Shown here: positions 1 to 6,829 of the stretch, piece after piece
Position numbering within the stretch: the stretch's first letter is position 1
How the letters are laid out: each line of letters opens with the position of its first letter
Source: Chthoniobacterales bacterium
GTDB taxonomy: Bacteria; Verrucomicrobiota; Verrucomicrobiia; Chthoniobacterales; DASVRZ01
Assembly: GCA_036525185.1 (NCBI GenBank)
Contig: DATDAW010000041.1
Coordinates: 1,175 to 65,174, forward strand
Reading direction: 5' to 3'
DNA length: 64,000 nucleotides
Made by a program: the position numbers and the translations under genes
Notes under the pieces: generated by a model
The model's database searches: none
What the model saw: only the letters and a program-made list of their open reading frames with translations
What the model was told of the DNA's origin: nothing

Positions 1-311
1 TCGGCCTGTATGTGCCGACTCCGCTCCTCTTCGCGATGATTCGCGAATTTCTGCCGGGCAATGTGGCCGGTGGTGCGACAGCGCTGGTTAACAGCATGGG
101 TGCGCTGGGCGCGTTCCTGGGATCGTTTTTCGTGGGGTATTTGAACGGAGTCACCGGCAGCCCGACGTGGTCGTTCATGCTGATGAGCCTGGCGCTGCTC
201 ATTTCGGGAATGTTGGTTTTCTTCATGCGCAGTCGCAGTGCCAGCGGAGCTTCTTGTTCGGCGCCGGAAGTCAGCCCCAACGCGTCGAATCCGGGCCGTA
301 TTCCCGCGTAA
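1..311 (+). CDS. MFS-type transporter, C-terminal end (5' part lies upstream of the window)
   Basis: The frame is open from the window edge to the stop at 309-311. The tail has two hydrophobic helices (GATALVNSMGALGAFLGSFFVGYL, WSFMLMSLALLISGMLVFF) like the last TMs of MFS permeases. The call is by resemblance only. Confidence 0.5.
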   Translation, partial: GLYVPTPLLFAMIREFLPGNVAGGATALVNSMGALGAFLGSFFVGYLNGVTGSPTWSFMLMSLALLISGMLVFFMRSRSASGASCSAPEVSPNASNPGRIPA

Positions 312-348
312 CAAGGAACAAAGGGTTCACAAACTACCGATTCCCCTT

Positions 349-1659
349 ATGAACAACGGCCCACGCGCGCTCGTTTGCGCCCTCGTGACCCTGCTCATCC
401 TCATCGCGTCCCGCACAGATTCCCTCTGTGCGGGGCCCGCACCGTCCGAATCGGCTGTGAGGCGTTGGCTGAATCAGCCGCTTGCGACAGGCAACTGGAA
501 TGGTCTCCGCGACCAGCTTGTCGACAGCGGTGTCACCATCCGCTTCGGCTGGAAAGGCCTTTTCAACTCGGTCGTTGATGGCGGTTTGCTGCAGAATCCG
601 GCTTCGTTCCAGCAGGAGTGGAAGCTTTCACTCTCTCTCGACCTGGAAAAGATCGCCGGCATTCCCGGGCTCAGCTTTGATGGTGTTTTCCGCTATCGTG
701 ACGGCCTGAATGCAACGGGACTGGTGGGAGGTTCGCCTTTATTCAGCCCTTCGTATCTGGAAGGAGGCAAAGGCTTTCGGCTTACCACGCTCGCGATTAC
801 TTGGAAATCGCAGGATTTGCTTTGGACCAAGGACGCTATTCTGGTTCGGGCCGGGTGGATTCGCCCTGTGGATACGTTCATTGTGCAGAACGAGAACCGT
901 TTTTTCGGTAACAACGCCTTCACGACGAATGGAATTGCGAGTCTCCCATGGAGTGGGAGTTATACATCGTGGGGTGGCGAACTTCGGGTGAAAACGGCCG
1001 ACTGGCATTATGTGCAGCTTGGGCTTTACAGCGCTTTTCCTGGCACGACGACGAAGAAGAACAACGGTTTGGACTTTGACGGTGTTCCGTACACGGACAG
1101 GAGTCTTTTTTTCATCGCTGAAACCGGTTTCATCCCGAAGATCGGTCCAGATCAACTTCCCGGAAAATATGCCGCCGGTATGTTTTACTGGGGAGTCGAA
1201 AACAGTGGTTTCGACGGCGTCCAATACGATGCTAACACATCCTTCTATCTGGAGGCTGACCAAATGATCTTCCGCGAGCCGTCAACCGGCGGCAAGCTGA
1301 ACAGCCAGGGCATGTACGTCTTCAACCTGCTGACTTTATCACCGCCGGAAAACAGTACCTTCTCCGTTTTTGTCGAGACGGGCTTCCTCTACCAGGGCCT
1401 CATCCCCGGCCGCGACGCGGACAAGCTCGGCTTCGGTTTTGCCTGGGCCCAGTACAGCCCGGATCGAATCGAGGCCCGCCGCGCTGAAGGAAAAACGATC
1501 CAGCGTATTTACGAGGCCGTTTTTGAGCTCGGTTACCGCGTTCAGATTTCGAAATCCTTCTGGTTTCAACCCTACATTCAGTACATCCTCAACCCAAACG
1601 GCGAGAATCAGATCCGCAACGCCACTGTGCTCGGCTTCCACACGGGCATGGATTTTTGA
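349..1659 (+). CDS. OprB-family carbohydrate-selective porin
   Basis: Inside ORF 238..1659. The ATG at 349 gives a signal peptide (MNNGPRALVCALVTLLILIASRTDSLCA). The body is beta-barrel-like and ends in an aromatic residue (HTGMDF). Confidence 0.65.
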   Translation: MNNGPRALVCALVTLLILIASRTDSLCAGPAPSESAVRRWLNQPLATGNWNGLRDQLVDSGVTIRFGWKGLFNSVVDGGLLQNPASFQQEWKLSLSLDLEKIAGIPGLSFDGVFRYRDGLNATGLVGGSPLFSPSYLEGGKGFRLTTLAITWKSQDLLWTKDAILVRAGWIRPVDTFIVQNENRFFGNNAFTTNGIASLPWSGSYTSWGGELRVKTADWHYVQLGLYSAFPGTTTKKNNGLDFDGVPYTDRSLFFIAETGFIPKIGPDQLPGKYAAGMFYWGVENSGFDGVQYDANTSFYLEADQMIFREPSTGGKLNSQGMYVFNLLTLSPPENSTFSVFVETGFLYQGLIPGRDADKLGFGFAWAQYSPDRIEARRAEGKTIQRIYEAVFELGYRVQISKSFWFQPYIQYILNPNGENQIRNATVLGFHTGMDF

Positions 1660-1680
1660 GGGAAATCCGAGAACGAGGGA

Positions 1681-2688
1681 TCACACCCACAGCCGGACGA
1701 AATTGTAGAACTGCTCGGGATGCTGGCGGATGAGTCTTTCGAAGAAATCCGCAATGCGCTGAGCGTTCATGCGCTGGAATTCAGCGGGATCGGACGCCTC
1801 ACGCATTTCGATAGGTGGATACAGATGGCAACGGTATTTACCGCCAGGTTCTGCGAGGACGCAGGCCGGCAGGATCGTCGCGCCTGTGTGTTTCCACAGC
1901 AGCGCCGGGGCGGGGGAGAAATGGCTGGTCCGCCCGGCCAGTTGCACGGGGACGCCGCCATCCTGCGGACGATCGACGAGAATGGCGACAACACCGTTTT
2001 GGCGCAGAGTTTTGATGATTTCAACAAACGCAAACTTGTCGTGACCGACTGTGATAGTCCTGATGCCAAATCGCTTCCGGTATTCTACCCGCCAGCGGTG
2101 AAGCTCCGGCTGCGGCTCAGCGTAAGTGACAATGGTCACTGGCATGCCCTGCATGGCAAGGAGGACGCCGCCGAGTTCCCAAGCCCCCAAATGCCCTGTA
2201 ATCAGGACCGTGCCGCGTCCCCTCGCGCGCGAAGCATTGACGAGATCCAATCCGTCCGATTCGGCCAGGAGAGATTTTGCTTCCTCGAAGGAGCCGCCTG
2301 CGAACCGAATCGTATCGGGGATCATTTGGATAAAATTGACGAAAGTTGCTCGCGTGCAGGCTGTTAGTTCAGGCCCAGTCAATCCGGTGAGAACGCGGAG
2401 GTTGTCACGCATCGTGTCACGCCGCTCCTCGCAAAGATCGAATGCAAGATGCCCAATGGCGGACGAAAGCGCACGAATTACCTGTCGCGGGAGAATGCGG
2501 ACCAGGCGGTGAGTATTATGAAAACTCCACGAGGAATACCAGAAATTGCGGGTGATCTGGCGCAATGGGGCCGGCCTGGAAGAGTGCGGCTGCTGTGCCG
2601 CCTGGCTGCGGGGTAAACTCTGGGCGGGCCATGGCTGCAGGTCCGATGCCGCCTTGTCGCAGGTGGAAAACACGGCTTCCTGCATCAT
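1681..2688 (-). CDS. LpxL/HtrB-type lipid acyltransferase (lysophospholipid acyltransferase family)
   Basis: 335-aa ORF with the HX4E acyltransferase motif (ITGHLGAWELGG). Its ATG overlaps the stop of the upstream gene (ATGA at 2685-2688). Confidence 0.7.
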   Translation of the reverse strand: MMQEAVFSTCDKAASDLQPWPAQSLPRSQAAQQPHSSRPAPLRQITRNFWYSSWSFHNTHRLVRILPRQVIRALSSAIGHLAFDLCEERRDTMRDNLRVLTGLTGPELTACTRATFVNFIQMIPDTIRFAGGSFEEAKSLLAESDGLDLVNASRARGRGTVLITGHLGAWELGGVLLAMQGMPVTIVTYAEPQPELHRWRVEYRKRFGIRTITVGHDKFAFVEIIKTLRQNGVVAILVDRPQDGGVPVQLAGRTSHFSPAPALLWKHTGATILPACVLAEPGGKYRCHLYPPIEMREASDPAEFQRMNAQRIADFFERLIRQHPEQFYNFVRLWV

Positions 2689-3971
2689 ACGGTCTGAATC
2701 TGCGGCTCGTGCTGTCCGTATCCTTCAGGCTCGAGCGTAAGTCTGGGCGAAAGAGCGAAGCGTTTTTGCAGCCAGACGACGATGTAAAAGAGCCACAGAC
2801 GCCATTTGATGGCGAAACTATTCCCATCCTGTCCCGCGAGTATGGCGTTGATGGCCGGGACCATTTGGAAGCGCTTCGTTGGATTTAAAAAGGTCTCGAT
2901 GAACGGTTGCGTGTACCAGCCGAGGACGAAGTGCAGATAAACGTCCATCACCTTGTTCACGCTGCGGCTGTAGTCGGCAAAGAGCTTTTCGCGTTTCGCC
3001 GGCCGACTCAGGACTTCATCCAATGCGCTCGCCGCTTTCTCCGCACTGAGTATCGCCAGGAAAACGCCGCTGCTGAAAACCGGATCGATAAAGCCGGCCG
3101 CATCGCCGGCCAGAATCCAGCGGTCGCCTGCGAGTCGCATATTCCGATACGAATAATCGCCTGTCGCATAGACCTGAGTGGCACGCGTGGCTCCCTCCAT
3201 GCGGGCGCGCATGACGGGCTGCGTGGCGATTGTGTCCATCAGCATCTGTTCAGGCGATTTCTTGGCGGCTTTGAAATCGTCCTGATTCATCACCAATCCG
3301 ATGCTGGTGCGGGTGTCCGTGAGAGGTATCATCCAGAACCAGTTTTTTGACGTGCGCACCATCCGAGTGAGCGTGCCGTTGATGCCTTCCGGGCGTTCGA
3401 CGTTGTCGAAATGGGCGAAAACGGAGAATTTTTTCAGACCATCGTAAGGTTTTTTCAGACCGAAATGGGTGCCGATGAGCGAATTTCGGCCGGTGGCATC
3501 GATGACATAACTGGCTGAAATCGTTTCTTTTGTGCCGTCCGCCGAGACCGTTTGAAGCGCCACATCGTTTTTTCCGAAATCGATTTTTTCAACGGCCGTT
3601 TCCTCCCGAACTTCCGCTCCTCGTTCTGCCGCATGATCCAGCAACACCTTGTCGAACTCTGATCGAGTTACCTGATAGGCCGTTGGGATTTTGGCCCGGA
3701 AGGCGTTTTTGAAATGGAACCGGACTTCGCGTGTGCCGCAAGCGCTGGCAACCTCCGCGCCGTGTTTGACCATGAAGCGTTTTTCCATTTTTTCCCGAAG
3801 CCCGAGTCGGTCGAAAGCCTCCATCGTATAAGGCAACAGCGACTCGCCGATGTGGAAACGGGGAAATTTTTCGCGTTCAAGAATCAGGACCCGGCGCCCA
3901 GCTGTGGCGAGTTTGATACCTGCCGTACTCCCCGCCGGGCCGCCGCCGATAATGGCAACGTCATATGTCAT
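2685..3971 (-). CDS. FAD-dependent oxidoreductase of the flavin-dependent halogenase type
   Basis: N-terminal dinucleotide fold MTYDVAIIGGGPAGSTAG, HIGESLLP, GDAAGFIDPVFSSG, and the halogenase-type WxWxIP motif (WFWMIP). The C-terminal tail is hydrophobic. Confidence 0.7.
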   Translation of the reverse strand: MTYDVAIIGGGPAGSTAGIKLATAGRRVLILEREKFPRFHIGESLLPYTMEAFDRLGLREKMEKRFMVKHGAEVASACGTREVRFHFKNAFRAKIPTAYQVTRSEFDKVLLDHAAERGAEVREETAVEKIDFGKNDVALQTVSADGTKETISASYVIDATGRNSLIGTHFGLKKPYDGLKKFSVFAHFDNVERPEGINGTLTRMVRTSKNWFWMIPLTDTRTSIGLVMNQDDFKAAKKSPEQMLMDTIATQPVMRARMEGATRATQVYATGDYSYRNMRLAGDRWILAGDAAGFIDPVFSSGVFLAILSAEKAASALDEVLSRPAKREKLFADYSRSVNKVMDVYLHFVLGWYTQPFIETFLNPTKRFQMVPAINAILAGQDGNSFAIKWRLWLFYIVVWLQKRFALSPRLTLEPEGYGQHEPQIQTV

Positions 3972-4083
3972 AAAAAATTTTCTTCATCCGCCGGCCATCC
4001 CTTCCGGCGAACGGCCTTTTAGCCTGTGGCCAAACATCTTGCAATCGAATCCGTCCACAGCGAAGTTCGGCGTCCCGCTGCCA

Positions 4084-5196
4084 ATGAACCTGCTTCACCG
4101 ATACGTTACCCGCCAGGTTTTGGTCACATTTCTGATCGCTGTGGCGGTGTTGAGCGGCGTGTTCGTGCTCGGGTCCATCCTGGTGAGGGTGCTCGATCTG
4201 CTGGTCAACCATGACGTGCCGCTCATTTTTGTGGCGCGTCTCATTGCTTACATCGTGCCATTTTCGCTGATGTACACCATCCCGTGGGCGATGCTGACTA
4301 CCGTGCTCCTGGTTTTTGGCAAGATGTCCGCGGAAAACGAATTGATCGCCGTGCGCGCCTGCGGGGTTAGTCTGCCCAATCTTTGTGCGCCGGTGCTGGC
4401 GCTCGCCATAATCCTGAGTGGCTTATGTTTCTGGATCAATATTTCGGTCGCTCCCCAGGCGCAGCAGGCGATGAAGGACACCGTCAAGGATCTCGCGACC
4501 CGCGACCCGCTGGCGCTTTTCGGCAGTGACCGGATCATCGATCAATTTCCTGGGCGAAAAATTTACGTGGGACAGAAGGAGGGCGCGAAGTTGAAGAACA
4601 TCCAGGTCTACGAGTTTGACGGTTCGGAACGTCCCACGCGAGTGGTCGTGGCACGCGAAGGTCGGCTCGAAGTCGATCTCAAGCAGAAACAGGTACTTTT
4701 GCGGCTGAATAACGCCATCTACGAAGAGCGCGACCCGCAAGATCCCGGCAACATTCGGCGGATCCGCCAGGGGATCACGATGGAGGAAGGTGTGATGCCA
4801 ATTTCGCTGGAGGAACTGTACGCGCGGAGCCAGAAACAGCGCGGACTGAGTTCGCTCACGTTGACGGAGCTGAACACGGAATTGCAATCCGACGTCGCGA
4901 ATTCGGAGCGCAAGAGCGCCACGTTGACGGAATTGAACAAGCGATACTCGTTATCTCTGGGCTGTTTTGCACTGGCGCTGGTGGGTATTCCGTTGGGGAT
5001 TACCGCGCATCGCAGGGAAACGTCTGTGGGCTTCGCGATGAGCCTTGGAGTTGCCGTTTGTTACTTCGTATTCATCATGGTCGCGGACAACTTCCGAAAC
5101 ACGCCTTCGGCGCGTCCTGAATGGCTGATCTGGCTGCCAAATCTCATTTTCATTACGCTGGGCGCAATTCTTTTTACGCGGCTGTGGCGGCGGTAG
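4084..5196 (+). CDS. LptF/LptG-family LPS export permease
   Basis: Inside ORF 3850..5196. The ATG at 4084 starts MNLLHRYVTRQVLVTFLIAVAVL, the usual YjgP/YjgQ N-terminus. TM blocks flank a soluble central domain. Confidence 0.75.
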   Translation: MNLLHRYVTRQVLVTFLIAVAVLSGVFVLGSILVRVLDLLVNHDVPLIFVARLIAYIVPFSLMYTIPWAMLTTVLLVFGKMSAENELIAVRACGVSLPNLCAPVLALAIILSGLCFWINISVAPQAQQAMKDTVKDLATRDPLALFGSDRIIDQFPGRKIYVGQKEGAKLKNIQVYEFDGSERPTRVVVAREGRLEVDLKQKQVLLRLNNAIYEERDPQDPGNIRRIRQGITMEEGVMPISLEELYARSQKQRGLSSLTLTELNTELQSDVANSERKSATLTELNKRYSLSLGCFALALVGIPLGITAHRRETSVGFAMSLGVAVCYFVFIMVADNFRNTPSARPEWLIWLPNLIFITLGAILFTRLWRR

Positions 5197-5226
5197 TGGT
5201 AGTGCAATCCATGCCATGCTCCGGCC

Positions 5227-5682
5227 GTGATTTTTCAATTTCCGATGACCGTTCCTCCGCAGGCAATCGACGTAAACGGTCACGCGAACAATGTCGCCTA
5301 CGTCCAATGGATGCAGGATGCCGCGATCGCTCACGCCGAAGCGCTCGGCATTGCTCAGGCAGCGAACGCGATCGGCGCGACATGGGTTGCCCGAAGCCAT
5401 CGCATCGAATACTTGCGCCCGGCCTTTTTGGACGAGCAATTGGTGGTCGCTACCTGGCTGATGGACCTTCAAAAAGTGGGCACGACGCGTAAATGCCTCT
5501 TTGTGCGCAAGTCGGACGCCGCCGTGATCGCTCGGGGCGAGACGCATTGGATACTCGTGGATATCGAGCGCGGCCGTCCGAAATCCATTCCGAAAGAACC
5601 ACCCTTCAGCACAGCACCCGTTGCATTTGGGCATGCGCCTACGGTTGCCGAGATCCTGCACTGGATCGGCACGTCGGCCTGA
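5227..5682 (+). CDS. 4HBT/YbgC-type acyl-CoA thioesterase
   Basis: 151-aa ORF with a GTG start. The hotdog-fold signature VNGHANNVAYVQWMQDAA lies near the N-terminus. Confidence 0.65.
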   Translation: MIFQFPMTVPPQAIDVNGHANNVAYVQWMQDAAIAHAEALGIAQAANAIGATWVARSHRIEYLRPAFLDEQLVVATWLMDLQKVGTTRKCLFVRKSDAAVIARGETHWILVDIERGRPKSIPKEPPFSTAPVAFGHAPTVAEILHWIGTSA

Positions 5683-5705
5683 AACTCGCTGTTTCGCGAG
5701 GCCCA

Positions 5706-6002
5706 CTACGCAGCTGTAAGCCGTGCGTGGAGCGTCGCTGCCGGGATGCCCTCGATCTGGACGATCTTGTTGCGCGAATGTTCGCCCGCACGAATCACAA
5801 CGGCGTTTGGCGAAACACCGAGTATGTCGGCGAGGAACTCCTTCAAGGCTGCGTTGGCTTTCCCGTCCACAGCACGCGCTTGCAACCGGATCTTCACGGT
5901 CCCTTCAGTTGTTACTTCCACGGCGTTTCTTTTGGCGCCGGGCACAACCCGGATCGGAAATCCCTGATCTTTGGCTTCGGATCTCAGCATGGCAAAGCCC
6001 AT
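5706..6002 (-). CDS. DUF167 (YggU-like) protein
   Basis: 98 aa. IRVVPGAKRNAV...VDGKANAALKEFLADILGV...IRAGEHSRNK matches the DUF167 pattern. Confidence 0.7.
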   Translation of the reverse strand: MGFAMLRSEAKDQGFPIRVVPGAKRNAVEVTTEGTVKIRLQARAVDGKANAALKEFLADILGVSPNAVVIRAGEHSRNKIVQIEGIPAATLHARLTAA

Positions 6003-6054
6003 TCTTCATCGTGCTTCCTGCGTCAAGCAATGCGTAGAACCTGTGCGAGCCCGC

Positions 6055-6258
6055 TCAGTGCGCATGCGCGCCTGCGAGTCGCCACATCCAGAGACACATG
6101 GCGCTCAGAAAGAGGAAAGCCACGGCGCTCGGCCACACAGGTAGCAAGTGACCTGCGACAATGACCTCCGGGCGGATCAGCAACCGTGCCAATTGCGCCA
6201 TTGCCAATAATCCGAAGACAACACTGGCCACGCGCAGTCCGAGGAATTGCGAATTCAT
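6055..6258 (-). CDS. small two-TM membrane protein, unknown function
   Basis: 67-aa ORF with two hydrophobic helices. A strong AAGGAGG lies 7 nt upstream of the ATG (plus strand 6259-6275). Confidence 0.5.
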   Translation of the reverse strand: MNSQFLGLRVASVVFGLLAMAQLARLLIRPEVIVAGHLLPVWPSAVAFLFLSAMCLWMWRLAGAHAH

Positions 6259-6599
6259 ATCAATCCTCCTTATTGCTAGCTACAGAATTTCCATCCATGA
6301 GGTGGGGATTGCAAGGCTGGGAAGACGTTCGCCAATGGACAGGGGATGGAAAATGGAGGGGCCGTTTCCAATCTGATCTTCCTCAAGCAAGTTCTCAACT
6401 TCATTCCGAGTGGCTTCGTCGATCGTCTTGGCCCCCGGATTCGGGGTGGAGGGAATGGTCCTGGCTTCGGCTACACCGGGTTTTTGTGGCCGGCAGCCAA
6501 ACGGCAGGGCATGCTGTGGCGCGTTTCAAAGTGTGCCAACCGGGGAAGGAAAGGGAAGGACAAATGGGTCAAACGCACCACCGTAAAGGGTAGTGACCG

Positions 6600-6829
6600 C
6601 TCATTTGTCCCAGCATTATCCAATTTGTTACAGGTTTGGTCGTTGTGACGCCATGGACACCGGGGCAATACCAATTGGCGACAAAATGAACCCGTTGCGT
6701 CCTTTAGCGCGGCGGAAGTCTTCACTGCTATCCCAAAACCCCATGACATCCACACAACGTCCTCGTATTGCGGCGCATGCGCCGCTCGTTGCATCCACTG
6801 GTGCAGTCTCCGTCACACGGAATAAACAC
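6600..6829 (+). repeat. leader repeat copy A (~230 bp; partner at 10758..10985), possible promoter/5' leader
   Basis: Hand alignment with 10758..10985 gives about 90% identity. Both copies start sharply at CTCATTTGTCCCAG and end at GGAATAAACAC. It contains a perfect 16-bp palindrome GCGGCGCATGCGCCGC at 6770..6785. Confidence 0.8.

Noticed and set aside
6300-6480. Minus-strand peptide ...GAKTIDEATRNEVENLLEEDQIGNG in the 340-bp gap upstream of leader copy A
   Set aside because: There is no start codon in frame and no recognisable family. I cannot tell a gene remnant from chance.
6600-6640. Reading the box as a sigma70 (TTGTCC-N17-TTACAG) or Bacteroidetes-type (TTTG / TAnnTTTG) promoter
   Set aside because: The -10 candidates match poorly (3/6) and the TTTG spacing is too short. 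Copy 2 lacks the GTCCCAG part altogether. It was kept as an unexplained motif instead.
6593-6742. 5' extensions of track ORFs (also 238-348, 3850-4083, 20911-21207, 23909-24067, 29078-29137, 39675-40181, 43175-43534, 61564-61872, 33945-34217, 61867-62139)
   Set aside because: Internal ATGs give canonical N-termini or signal peptides. The extensions overlap neighbouring genes or intergenic repeats.
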